The position numbers and the translations under genes were made by a program. Positions 1 to 12,425 of a stretch of 64,000 nucleotides of DNA are shown in pieces. The stretch is from Mobula hypostoma (taxonomy: Eukaryota). The stretch lies in NCBI RefSeq assembly GCF_963921235.1, contig NC_086098.1, positions 1,922,001 through 1,986,000 on the forward strand, given 5' to 3'. Numbering within the stretch: the first letter of the stretch is position 1; the number at the start of each line of letters is the position of its first letter. The notes beneath the pieces were generated by a model. It searched no databases and had not been told where the DNA came from. It saw nothing but the letters and a program-made list of their open reading frames with translations.

Positions 1-140
1 TAAATATACTCAATGACTTGTTCTCCACAGCTGCCTGGAGCAATGAATTCCACAGATTAACCATTCTCTGGCTAAAGAAATTCCTCCTCATCTTTGTTCT
101 AAAGGGATGTCCTTACATCCTGAGGCTGTGTCCTCTGGTC
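1..140 (-). mobile_element. CR1 LINE 3' fragment
   Basis: Reverse complement matches the CR1 ORF2 C-terminus (RRNFFSQRMVNLWNSL) seen in other copies in the window. Confidence 0.75.
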
Positions 141-397
141 CATTTCATTGTATCTGTGCATCTCATTGTTAGAGAAATTATGTCAGTTCTTTCCTCTCAC
201 CTTAAATTGTGTTCACAAGTTAATTGTCAGGGCATGGGTATCTTTCTGGGTAATATGGGAAGCCTTTATCTTGTACCACTGGAAACCATATCACTACATG
301 GGAGCATAATTATGCTTTTCAACCCATTGCGTCTGCTCCACCAATCAATGGTAGCTGATCTATTATTCCTCTCAACACCATTCTCTCAAACACTTTA

Positions 398-565
398 GTG
401 CTTGCAATGATGTCTCCTCTTCAGTGATGTAACCAAATGGAGACAAGGTGATCATTTTGCAGAGTATCTGTGCTCTGTAAGCAGCGGCCATCTCAAGCTT
501 CCAGCTGCTGGTCATTTGAAATCTCATACCTACTCCTACACTGAACTGTCGGTCCCCTGGCTGTC
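398..565 (+). mobile_element. Degraded Penelope-like element fragment (GIY-YIG region)
   Basis: Residual reading GDHFAEYLCSV...LPAAGHLKSHTYSYTELSV resembles the PLE endonuclease region also seen at 39925-40155. Confidence 0.5.
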
Positions 566-815
566 AACATTGCTTAACCACTCAGTAAAGGCGCTGAGCT
601 TCCTACAGATTGTCAGCTTGTTCCTTTATATTTACCTCCTAGCATTGCTTGTTGCAGCAGTCTCCCCCCTTGCCTTAACTTGCACAGGTGGCCTTCTGGT
701 CCTGCAGAAGGAGGTAGTCTCTCCTGCATGAGAACATTGTTCATTCAGTGTTACCTCAAACATATTCATTTCATTAATCAAGATAATGAGGGTTTAAACG
801 TGGAAGAGTTTTGAG

Positions 816-978
816 GTTTTGATCGAGGCGCGACTGTGCAAGCACGTGGACTTCAGCGAGTTAGACTAGTGGGAAGAATGTAAAAGGCTAGCGTTTTTCT
901 TTCAGCGGTTTGATCGAGGCACAACTGTGCAAGCACATGGACGTCACTGAGTTAGACCGAAGGGAAGAATTTATAAAG
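816..978 (+). repeat. Two ~70-bp direct repeats (period 91) in the CR1 5'UTR
   Basis: ttgatcgaggc..actgtgcaagcac.tggac.tca..gagttagac...gggaagaat occurs at about 819 and 910. Confidence 0.75.
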
Positions 979-2543
979 AAGACAGCTTCATAGACTGGGT
1001 GCTAAAGGGAGTCAGGGTGGGAGAAGTTTGGCTCAATGAGGCTTTGGTGATAACAGATCGAGGCGAGGTCAGTTACTTGTGAAGAATAGGAACAGGAAGT
1101 ATGTCTGTGAGGCTGGTGTTCTGTACTGGGTGGCAGATGTGGGAAGTCCAGGAGACTTTCAGCCTCCCGGATGGCCACATCTGCACCATGTGCGTCGAGC
1201 TGCAGCTCCTTAGGGACCGCATTAGGGAATTGGAGCTGCAACTTGATGGCTTTCGGCTGGTCAGGGAGAGTGAGGAGGTGATAGAGAGGAGCTACAGGCA
1301 GGTAGTCACACCGGGGCCTCAGGAGACAGATAAGTGGTTAACAGTCAGGGGAGGGAAGGGAAAGAGTCAGGTACTAGAGAGTACCCCTTTTAACAATAAG
1401 TACTCTTGTTTGAGTACAGTTAGGGGGTGTTGACCTACCTGGAAGAAGTAACAGAGGTCACGCCTCTGGCACAGAGTCCAGCCCTGTGGCTCAGAAGGGT
1501 AGGGAAAGGAAGAGGATGGTAGCAGTGACAGCGGAGGGGGTCGTTAGTTAGGGGGTCGGATAGGTGATTCTGTGGACGCAGAAAAGAAACCTGGATGGTA
1601 GTTTGCCTCCCAGATGCCAGGATTCAGATGTTTCTGATCGTGTCCATGATACACTGAAGTGGGAAGGAGAACAGCCAGAGGTCGTGCTATACATTGGTAT
1701 CAACAACATAGGTAGGAAAAGGGAGGAGGTCCTGAAAACAGACTATCGGGAAGGAAATTGAGAAGCAGGACCTCAAAGCTAGTAATCTTAGGATTACTGC
1801 CTGTGCCATGTAATAGTGAGTATAGGAATAGAATACATGGCTGAGAGATTGGAGCAGAGGGCAGGAATTCAGATTTCTGGATCATTGGGACCTCTCCTGG
1901 GGCAGGTGTGACCTGTGAAAAAAGGATGGGTTGCACTTGAATCCCAGGGGGACCAATATCCTGGCGGAGAAGTTTGCTAAGGCTATTGGGGAGAGTTTAA
2001 ACTAGAATTGCTGGGGAGTGGGAACCGAAATGAAGAGACGGAGGAAGGAGCTGTTGGCTCACAAATAGAGAAAGCTTGTAGGCAGTGTGAGAGGGAGGAT
2101 AGTCAGGTGTTAGAGAAACGATGTGCTCAGACTGATGGTTTGAGATGAGTCTATTTTAATGGAAGAAGCATCATGAAAAAAAAGCGGTGGAGCCTAGAGC
2201 GTGGATCAATACTTGGAGCTATGATTTTGTGGCCATTGCAGAGACTTGGATGGCTCAGGGGCAGGAATGGCTACTTAGAGTGCCAGGCTTTAGATGTTTC
2301 AGAAACGACAGAGAGGGAGGCAAAACAGGTGGAGGTGTGCCACTGTTGATCAGAGATAGTGTCATGGCTACAGAAAAGAAACGAAAAGGAGGAAGTCATG
2401 GAGAGATTGTCTAATGAATTTCTGTGCATGGAAGTTAGAAACAGGAAGGGATCAATAACTCTACTGGATGGTTTTTATAGACCACACAATAGTAACAGGG
2501 ACATCGAGGGGCAGATACGGAGACAGATTCTGGAGTGGTGCAG

Positions 2544-5051
2544 TAATGGGTGACTTCAATCTACATGTAGACTGGGTGAACCAAATTGGTAAAGGTGCTG
2601 AGGAAGAGGATTTCTTGGAATGTATGCGGGATGGTTTTTTGAACCAACATGTCGAGGAACCAACTAGAGAGCAGGCTATTCTGGACTTGGTTTTGAGCAA
2701 TGAGGAAGGGTTAATTAGCGATCTTGTCGTGAGAGGCCCCTTGGGTAAGAGTGACCATAATATGGTGGAATTCTTCATTAAGATGGAGAGTGACATAGTT
2801 AATTCAGAAACAAAGGTTCTGAACTTAAAGAGGGGTAACTTTGAAGGTATGAGACGTGAATTAGCTAAGATAGACTGGCAAATGACACTTAAAGGATTGA
2901 CGGTGGATATGCAATGGCAAGCATTTAAAGGTTGCATGGATGAATTACAACAATTGTTCACCCAGTTTGGCAAAAGAATAAATCAAGGAAGGTAGTGCAC
3001 CCGTGGCTGACAAGAGAAATTAGGGATAGTATCAATTCCAAAGAAGTAGCATACAAATTAGCCAGAGAAAGTGGCTCACCTGAGGACTGGGAGAAATTCA
3101 GAGTTCAGCAGAGGAGGACAAAGGGCTTAATTAGGAAGGGGAAAAAAGATTATGAGAGAAAACTGGCAGAGAACATAAAAACGGACTGTAAAAGCTTTTA
3201 TAGATATGTAAAAAGGAAAAGACTGATAAAGACAAATGTAGGTCCCCTGCAGACAGAAACAGGTGAATTGATTATGGGGAGCAAGGACATGGCAGACCAA
3301 TTGAATAATTACTTTGGTTCTGTCTTCACTAAGGAGGACATAAATAATCTTCCAGAAATAGTAAGGGACAGAGGGTCCAGTGAGATGGAGGAACTGAGTG
3401 AAATACATGTTAGTAGGGAAGTGGTGTTAGGTAAATTGAAGGAATTGAAGGCAGATAAATCCCCAGAGCCAGATGGTCTGCATCCCAGAGTGCTTAAGGA
3501 AGTAGCCCAAGAAATAGTGGATGCATTAGTGATAATTTTTCAAAATTCGTTAGATTCTGGACTAGTTCCTGAGGATTGGAGGGTGGCTAATGTAACCCCA
3601 CTTTTTTAAAAAGGAGGGAGAGAGAAACCGGGGAATTATAGGCCGGTTAGCCTAACGTCGGTGGTGGGGAAACTGCTGGAGTCAGTTATCAAGGATGTGA
3701 TAACAGCACATTTGGAAAGCGGTGAAATGATCGGACAAAGTCAGCATGGATTTGTGAAAGGAAAATCATGTCTGACGAATCTCATAGAATTTTTTGAGGA
3801 TGTAACTGGTAGAGTGGATAGGGGAGAACCAGTGGATGTGGTATATTTGGATTTTCAAAAGGCTTTTGACAAGGTCCCACACAGGAGATTAGTGTGCAAA
3901 CTTAAAGCACACGGTATTGAGGGTAAGGCATTGGTGTGGGTGGAGAATTGGTTAGCAGACAGGAAGCAAAGAGTGGGAATAAACGAGACCTTTTCAGAAT
4001 GGCAGGCGGTGACTAGTGGGGTACCGCAAGGCTCAGTGCTGGGACCCCAGTTGTTTACAATATATATTAATGACTTGGATGAGGGAATTAAATGCAGCAT
4101 CTCCAAGTTTGCGGATGACACGAAGCTGGGTGGCAGTGTTAGCAGTGAGGAGGATGCTAAGAGGATGCAGGGTGACTTGGATAGGTTGGGTGAGTGGGCA
4201 AACTCATGGCAGATGCAATTTAATGTGGATAAATGTGAAGTTATCCACTTTGGTGGCAAAAATAGGAAAACAGATTATTATCTGAATGGTGGCCGATTAG
4301 GAAAAGGGGAGGTGCAACGAGACCTGGGTGTCATTATACACCAGTCATTGAAAGTGGGCATGCAGGTACAGCAGGCGGTGAAAAAGGCGAACGGTATGCT
4401 GGCATTTATAGCGAGAGGATTCGAGTACAGGAGCAGGGAGGTACTACTGCAGTTGTACAAGGCCTTGGTGAGACCACACCAGGAGTATTGTGTGCAGTTT
4501 TGGTCTCCTAATCTGAGGAAAGACATCTTTGCCATAGAGGGAGTACAAAGAAGGTTCACCAGATTGATTCCTGGGATGGCAGGTCTTTCATATGAAGAAA
4601 GACTGGATGAACTGGGCTTGTACTCGTTGGAATTTAGAAGATTGAGGGGGGATCTGATTGAAACGTATAAGATCCTAAAGGGATTGAACAGGCTAGATGC
4701 GGGAAGATTGTTCCCGATGTTGGGGAGGTCCAGAACGAGGGGTCACAGTTTGAGGATAGAGGGGAAGCCTTTTGGGACCGAGATTAGGAAAAACTTCTTC
4801 ACACAGAGAGTGGTGAATCTGTGGAATTCTCTGCCACAGCAAACTGTTGAGGCCAGTTCATTGGCTATGTTTAAGAGGGAGTTAGATATGGCCCTTGTGG
4901 CTACAGGGGTCAGGGGGTATGGAGGGAAGGCTGGGTTCTGAGTTGGATGATCAGCCATGATCATAATAAATGGCGGTGCAGGCCCGAAGGGCCGAATGGC
5001 CTACTCCTGCACCTATTTTCTATTTTCTATGTTCTATGTTCTATGTTCTAT
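2544..5051 (+). mobile_element. Younger 5'-truncated CR1 LINE nested in the older CR1
   Basis: ORFs 2468-2995, 2995-3609 and 3661-4941 give partial EN plus RT (FADDTK); (ttctatg)n tail; host reads through as ...TGCAGTAAT|AACAGGGTTGTC. Confidence 0.95.
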
Positions 5052-7556
5052 AACAGGGTTGTCATAATGGGTGATTTTAATTTGCCCAGTATTGACTGGA
5101 ATCCCTGTATAGCAAGGGGTTTAGATGGGGTGGAGTTTGTTAGGCGTGTTCAGGAATGTTTCCTGACACAATATGTAGATAAGCCCACAAGAGGAGAGAC
5201 TGTACTTGATCTGGTATTGGGAAATGAACCTGGTCAAGTGTCAGATCTCTCAGTGGGAGAGCATTTTGGAGATAGTGATCACAATTCTATCTCCTTTACC
5301 ATAGCATTGGAGAGGGATAGGAACAGACATAAGTTAGGAAAGTGTTTAATTGGAGTAAGGGGAAATATGGAACTACCAGTCAGGACCTTGGAAGCATAAA
5401 TTGGGAACAGATGTTCTCAGGGAAATGTATGGCAGAAATTGGCAAATATTCAGGGGATATTTGAGTGGCGTTCTGCATAGGTACGTTCAAATGAGACAGG
5501 GAAAGGATGATAGGGTACAGGAACTGTGGTGCACAAAGGCAGTTGAAAATCTAGTCGAGAAGAAAAGAAAAACTTATGAAAGGTTCAAAAAACTAGGTAA
5601 TGATAAAGATCTAGAAAATTATAAGGCTAGCAGGAAGGAGCTTAAGAATGAAATAAGGAGAGCGAGAAGGGGCCATGAGAAGGTATTTGTGAGCAGGATT
5701 AAGGAAAACCCCAAGGCATTCTACAAGTATGTGAAGTGCAAGAGGATAAGATATGAGAGAATAGGACCAATCAAGTGTGACAGTGGAAAAGTGTTGATGG
5801 AACCGGAGGAGATAGCAGAGGTACTTAATAAATGCTTTAGTATCCACTATGGAAAAAGACCTTGGTGATTGTAGGGATTACTAACAGTGGACTAAAAAGC
5901 TTGAGCACATAGACATTAAGAAAGGGGATGTGCTGGAGCTTTTGGAAAGCATCAAGTTGGATAAGTCACCGAGACTGGATGTGATATACGCCAGGCTACT
6001 CTGGGAAGTGAGAGAGGAGATTGTTGAGCCTCTGGCAATGATCTTTGCATCATCAATGGGGACAGGAGAGGTTCCGGAGGATTGGAGGGTTGCAGATGTT
6101 GTTCCCTTATTGAAGAAAGGGAGTACAGATAGCCCAGGAAATTATAGACCAGTGAGTCTTACTTCAGTGGTTGGTAAGCTGATGGAATACATTTAGAGAG
6201 GCATAATATGATTAGGAATAGTCAGCATAGCTTAGTCAAAGGCAGGTCATGCCTTACAAGCCTGATTGAATAATTTGAGGATGTGACTAAACTCATTGAT
6301 AAAGGTAGAGCAGTAGATGTAGTGCCTATGGATTTCAGTAAGGCATTTGATAAGGTACCCCATGCAAGGTTTATTGAGAAAATAAGGAGATATGGGATCC
6401 AAGGGGATATTGCTTTATGGATCCAGAACCGGCTTGCCCACAGAAGGCAAAGAGTGGCTGTAGACTGGTCATATTCTGTATGAAGTCGGTGACCAGTGGT
6501 GTGCCTCAGGGATCTGTTCTGGGATCCCTTCTTTTCGTGATTTCTATAAATAACCTGAATGAGGAAGTGGAGGGATGGGTAAATAAATTTGGTGATGACA
6601 CAAAGGTTGGGGGTGTTGTGGATAGTGTGGAGGGTTGTCAGAGGTTACAGCAGGACATCGATAGGATGGAAAACTGGGCTATGGAGATTCAGAGGGATCT
6701 TGGGGTTCATGTCCATAGGACACTCAAAGCATCTGCGCAGGTTGACTCTGTGGTTAAGAAGGCATACAGTGCATTGGCCTTCATCAATGTGGGATTGATG
6801 TCAAGAACCAAGAGATATTGTTACAGCTATATAAAACCCTGGTCAGACCCCACTTGGAGTATTGGGCTCAGTTCTGGTCGCCTCACTACAGGAAGGATGT
6901 GGAAACTATAGAAAGGGTGTAGAGGAGATTTACAAGGATGTTGCCTGGATTGGGGAGCATGCCTTATGAGAATAGGTTGAGTGAACTTGGCCTTTTCTCC
7001 TTAGAGCGACAGAGGATGAGAGGTGACCTGATAGAAGTGTATAAGATGTTGAGAGGCATTGATCTTGTGGATCGTCAGAGGCTTTTTCACAGGGTGAAAT
7101 GGCTAACCCGAGAGTGCGCAGTTTTAAGGTGCTTGGAAGTAGGTACAGAGGAGATGTCAGGGGTAAGTTTTTTACACAGAGAGTGGTGAGTGTGTGCTAT
7201 GAGCTGCTGGCAGCCGTGGTGGAGGCAGATATGATAGGGTCTTTTAAGAGACTCCTGGGTAGGTGAATGGAGCTTAGAAAAATAGAGGGCGTTGGGTAAC
7301 CCGAGATAATTTGTAAAGTAAGTACACGTTCGCCGCAACATTGTGGGCTGAAGGGCCTGTATTGTGCTGTAGGCTTTCTATGTTTCTACTTGAAACTCTT
7401 GCCAAGTTGGTGCTCAGGTTTGGTTGTTTTTAAATTCCGTATCATTAATACTGGGGATAGAGAGGGGAATTAGGGGTCAGGTTGGGGCTTACAGTGAGGA
7501 ATATGGGGAGAATTCGAGGTCAGATTCAGATTTAGGGACAGGATGTGGAGGAGTTA

Positions 7557-9245
7557 CATACTCACGCGACTGTGAGTATAGGAATAGAATGAGGTGGAGG
7601 ATAAATGTGTGGCTGAGGGATTGGAGCAGGGGGCAGGGATTCAGATTTCTGGATCATTAGGACCTCTTTTGGGGCAAGTGTGCCCTGCCCCAAAAAGGAC
7701 AGGTTGCATTTGAATTCCGGGGGACCAATATCCTGGCGGGGAGGTTTGCTAAGGCTACTGGGGAGAGTTTAAACTAGAATTGTTCGGGGTGGGAACCAAA
7801 CTGAAGAGACTGGGGAAGAGGCGGTTGGCTCACAAATAGAGAAAGATTGGAGACAGTGTGTGAGGGAGGATAGGCAGGTGATAGAGAAGGGACGCGCTCA
7901 GCCTGACGGTTTGAGATCCTGAGAGGCAGGATTTATGAACATTTGGAGAGGTATAGTATGATTAAGAATAGTCAGCATGGCTTTGTCAAAGGCAGGTCGT
8001 GCTTTATGAGCCTGATTGAATTTTTTGAGGATGTGACTTAACACAATGATGAAGGAAGAGCGGTAAATGTAGTGTATATGGATTTCAGCAAGGCATTTGA
8101 TAAGGTATCCCATGCAAGGCTTATTGAGAAAGTAAGGAGACATGGAATCCAAGGGGACATTACTTTGTGGATTCGGAACTGGCTTGCCCACAGAAGGCAA
8201 AGAGTGGTTGTAGATGGGTCATTTTCTGCATGGAGGTCAGTGACCAGTGGTGTGCCTCAGGGATCTGTTCTGGGACCCTTACTCTTCGTGATTTTTATAA
8301 ATGACCTGGATGGGGAAGTGGAGGGATGGGTTAGTAAGTTTGCTGATGACACAAAGGTTGGAGGTGTTGTGGATAGTGTGGAGGGCTGTCAGAGGTTACA
8401 GGGAGACATTGATCGGATGCAAAACTGGGCTGAGAAGTGGCAGATGGAGTTCAACCCAAATAAGTGTGAAGTGGCTCAGTTTGGTAGGTCAAATATGATG
8501 GCAGAATATAGTATTAATGGTAAGACTCTTGTCTGTGTAGAGGATCAGAGGGATCTTGGGGTCCGAGTCCATAGGACACTCAAAGCAGCTGTGCAGATTG
8601 ACTCTGTGGTTAAGAAGGCATACAGTGTATTGGCTTTCATTAATCGTGGAATTGAACTTAGGAGCCGAGAGGTAATGTTACAGCTGTTAGGACCCTGGTT
8701 AGACCCCACATGGAGTACTGTGCTCAGTTCTGGTTGCCTCACTACAGGAAGGATATGGAAGGCATAGAAAGGGTGCAGAGGAGATTTACAAGGATGTTGC
8801 CTGGACTGGGGAGCATGCCTTATGGGAATAGATTGAGTGAACTCGGCCTTTTCTCCTTGGAGCGATGGAGGATGAGAGGTGACCTGATAGAGGAGTATAA
8901 GATGATGAGAGGCATTGATCGTGTGGATAGTCAGAGGCTTTTTCCGAGGGCTGAGATGGTTGCCACAAGAGGACACAGGTTTAAGGTGCTGGGGAGTAGG
9001 TACAGAGGTGATGTCAGAGGTAAGTTTTTTACTCAGGGAGTGGTGAGTGTGTGGAATGAGCTGCCGGCAATGGTGGTGGAGGCAGATACGATAGAGTCTT
9101 TTAAGAGATTTTGGACAGGTACATGGAACTTAGAAAAGTAGAGGGCTATGGGGAAGTCTAATAATTTCTAAGTTAGGGACACGTTCGACACAAATTTGTG
9201 GGCTGAAGGTCCTGTATTGTGCTGTAGGTTTTCTATTTTTCTATG
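7557..9245 (+). mobile_element. CR1 LINE with a large internal deletion (ORF1 end joined to RT)
   Basis: 7560-7917 matches 1800-2146 of the first CR1, then jumps at ggtttgagat|cctgagaggc into the RT region (ORFs 8072-8767, 8710-9141); tttctat tail. Confidence 0.9.
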
Positions 9246-10051
9246 AGTTAGCGGTTAGGCCAGAATCTAGGCTGCTGCTCTGCACTCCATGTTTGAAGGC
9301 TCGTGAAGAGGTCAAATGACGAAGGACTTCCAGAGCCTAAGCCTTCACTTCACACTCAAAGACCAGTGATGTAGACATCCATGGTGTCTGCTGTCCTAGG
9401 TCAGTGGGTCACAAGAGCAGACGTTCATTAGAGCAGGTAGCAGAAGGGCGTGCCCAGAGTTCAGAGTCCTGTTATTGGCTGGTCTGGAAGTGGAGCCCGC
9501 TGTATGTTTCAATGTAGATGTGATAAGTAAGTGAATTTGAATCTGAGGAAAGTGTGGAAGTGCTGACTTCAAATCCAAGTTCAGAGGAATGAAATGACAA
9601 TACGGAAGCTCGGGTGGTCAAGTTAAATGGTATTAGATTTAGTGACTATGATTTAATATCATGCTACAGTGGGGTTTTAAGTCATGACTTTCGAGTTACT
9701 AGACTAGTATCATAAGCAGTAGTGGACTGTTTTCCATTACTTCGTCTCTCATTAGTCAACATCTCATTTTTAATTACCCATGCCTTGCAAGATTCTTTCT
9801 AAAACTCCACACAAGATCTACTTCAGTTTCTAAATTTTTCAATAAATTTAAAATTTTGTCAAACACAATTTGCTTTTCTTCGTCTCTTTTCAATTCACCG
9901 GTAAATTCAAAATGCACATCACTTTTATCTTGACATTAATTATATGTTGTGTAGCTCCTTGATTTATTCTTCATTTTATTCCCGAGTAATTAAATTACGA
10001 TGCTGCAGTTCATTGCCACAAAACAGCTTGTACTTACCCAGCACCTTTGAT

Positions 10052-10148
10052 TTAGCCCTGATGTCGGGGCTCAGCCCGAAAGTTGACTGTTTCTTCATTT
10101 CCATTGATGATGCCTGACCTGCTGAGCTCCAGCATCTATGTGTGTTCC
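10052..10148 (+). repeat. Penelope-like terminal repeat with degenerate hammerhead motif
   Basis: ccCTGATGtcggggctcagcccGAAAgttgactg followed by the gatgcctgacctgctgagctccagc tail shared with other PLE termini. Confidence 0.6.
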
Positions 10149-10369
10149 CTTTGAGTTAGTGGAATACAGGCACCCAGTGAACGGAAGTGATAAAGTTTAA
10201 AGACTGGCTTGATTTGTCATGTGTACATTGAAACATACAGTAAAATGCATCATTTTGTGTTGATGATCAACACTGTCTGAGGCTGTGCTGGGGGCAGCCC
10301 AAAGGTGTCACCATGTTTCTGGCGCCACACAGCACATTAACTCCTTACAGACTCTGGCAGGAATTCAGC

Positions 10370-10693
10370 CATAAGACCATAAGGTGCAGGAGCAGAATTA
10401 GGCCATTCAGCCCATTCCGCACCATTCCGCTGCACCATTCCGTTATGGCTGATTTATCTCCCTCTCAACCCCAATCCCTGCTTTCTCTGCAGAACATTTG
10501 ACATCCTTACATCCTTACCTTAAAGATCTCTGTTCTAAAGGGACATCCTTATATTCTGAAGATGCTCCTTCTGGTCCTAGACACCCCCAGTATAGGAAGT
10601 GTCCTCTCTACATCCACTCTATCAGTATTTGATCGGTTTCAATGAGATCCCACCTCATTCTTCCAAACTCCAGGGAGTACAGGCTCAGAGCCG
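10370..10693 (-). mobile_element. CR1 3' fragments
   Basis: Reverse complement of the CR1 3'UTR and ORF2 end. Confidence 0.75.
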
Positions 10694-11139
10694 ATAGTCA
10701 AAGAAAATAAAAATGGATCTGGATCAAACTATCTTCCCTTGGAATCTTGCAGATCAGTAGTGGTATTCGTCAAATTCAGCTGTATAGAGTACAAGCAGTA
10801 ATATACTGTTCTAATGGACATAGGTGTCTGAGTCCAAAGGATAAGTAGATAGATTAACACAATAGAAACTTAAAAGGAAGACATCATAAAATAACATTGA
10901 AGGTTAATGATGTGGAATATTGAAAGGGAAATTGAGAGAAATAAAGAACAAGAACAAAAACCATGAGCGGATAGTACAAAAGGAAACACAAACTGCTTTT
11001 ATAAGCAGAATACAAGTAGATGGTCTTGAACTTCACAGCGATGAATGAAAGAATCTAATTTTAGAAGATGAAGCTTTGTGGGATTTGATATCATTTCACA
11101 CTGTGCAATTGCACCATGCAAGGTTGAAGTATTGCATGC

Positions 11140-11430
11140 TGGGTGCCATGGTAGCACAGTGGTTAGCACGACACAATTCCAGCTCGGGGCGTCAGAGTTT
11201 GGAGTTGAATCCCAGTATCCTCTGTAGGGAGTCTATACGCCCTCCCTGTGGAATGCATGGATGTTTTTCAAGGTGATAGCGTTTTCTCCCACAGTCCAAA
11301 AGATGTATCAGTTAGTAGTTTAGTTGTCCGGTGATTAGGCTAGGGTTAAATCGGGGGTTGCTGGCTGACTTGTTGGACCAAAGGGCCCGGAAGGGACCGG
11401 TCCATGCTGTATCTCAATATAAAATATAAT
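11140..11430 (+). mobile_element. tRNA-derived SINE
   Basis: A-box-like ggtagcacagtgg, B-box-like gttgaatcc, core ctcccacagtccaaagatgt, CR1-like tail. Confidence 0.7.
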
Positions 11431-11531
11431 AACCAAATAATATATCTCCTACTACAAAGACACTGTGTCCTTCCTCATGCAATTCAAAACCTCTCTGGAG
11501 CAGCTTCAATCACCCAGTGCTCAATTTGAAA

Positions 11532-11828
11532 TTATTTTATTTTTTTAGAGATCAGTGTGGAACAGGCCACTCTGGATGAACGATCCGACCACCCACCATC
11601 TGCCTATTTAACCCTAGCCTATTCAGAGGACCATTTACAATAACTCAATTCATCTACGAGCCGGTATGTCTTTAGTCTGTGGGAGGAACCCGGAACACCC
11701 GGAGAAAACCCACGTGGTCACAGGGAGAACGTACAAAAGTTTTTTACAGACAGAGTCGGAATTAAACTTCGAGCTCCAACACCACGAGCTACAGTTAAGC
11801 CATACTAATCGCCACACTACCAAGGCAC
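11532..11828 (-). mobile_element. tRNA-derived SINE
   Basis: Reverse complement contains the same core (ttcctcccacagactaaagac) and a tRNA-like head. Confidence 0.7.
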
Positions 11829-12425
11829 CTCAACATTCACCCTCCCAGATGGGACTGAAACCCACAATATCTGGTTTAGAAGGCCACTGAGGCCAAATGT
11901 AAATTACTAGAATGTTTTTCCTTAAAAATTGCATCCTATTTCAAGGACTCTTGTCCCATTTGGGTTGTGATTCCTTAACTCTAATTTGCTTTTAGATTTA
12001 AAAATGCACTGAATATGTTTTCTATATTATCCAAAAATATTGACAAAAACCACCTAGCTATGTGGAAGGTCTATTTGTCAAAAAACGAATTTAATTGCCA
12101 AGGTGAACTTGGAAGAAATATGTTTTATTAAGTTTATACATCCATAAATTCAAGATTACTGCAAGCTGCACATTGAATAGAACAAACATCCTTATCTTGG
12201 TTCCCAATTATTTATAACCAAGGAAATACCTACTGCAATATTAAAAAATTAACATCTTGTAAAGGTTTAAAACTTCCATTAAAATAGCAAGCAAATAGGA
12301 ATTCAGGCAGATGTGCAAAGTTTTCATCAACTTATATTACATAGTAATTTCTCAGCTTATATGCAGTCTCAAAGCAATCAAACAAATCTTAAGGTATTGA
12401 AATAGTCTTCCATAGGGTAAGATAT

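Larger units (their letters stand above)
790..7390 (+). mobile_element. Near-full-length degenerate CR1 LINE (5'UTR, ORF1, ORF2), split by a nested CR1 at 2544-5051
   Basis: ORF1 Cys motif/coiled coil (1101-1433) and SGNH esterase-like remnants (LYIGINNIG; DGLHLN at about 1924); ORF2 APE endonuclease (AIAETW, MGDFN, SDHN) and RT (DFSKAFDKV, GVPQGSVLG, FGDDTK); tttctatg tail; many stops and frameshifts. Confidence 0.92.

Noticed and set aside
2461..4559. Long minus-strand ORFs that recur at 51313-53676
   Set aside because: Antisense shadows of CR1 ORF2; they recur only because the two CR1 copies are the same subfamily
9345..9395. Possible phase-0 terminal convertase exon on the minus strand (DSRHHGCLHHWSLSVK*), resembling G.L..WSL
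   Set aside because: Weak acceptor, lacks the conserved L[YH]GT ending the P domain, and short enough to be chance; needs RNA evidence
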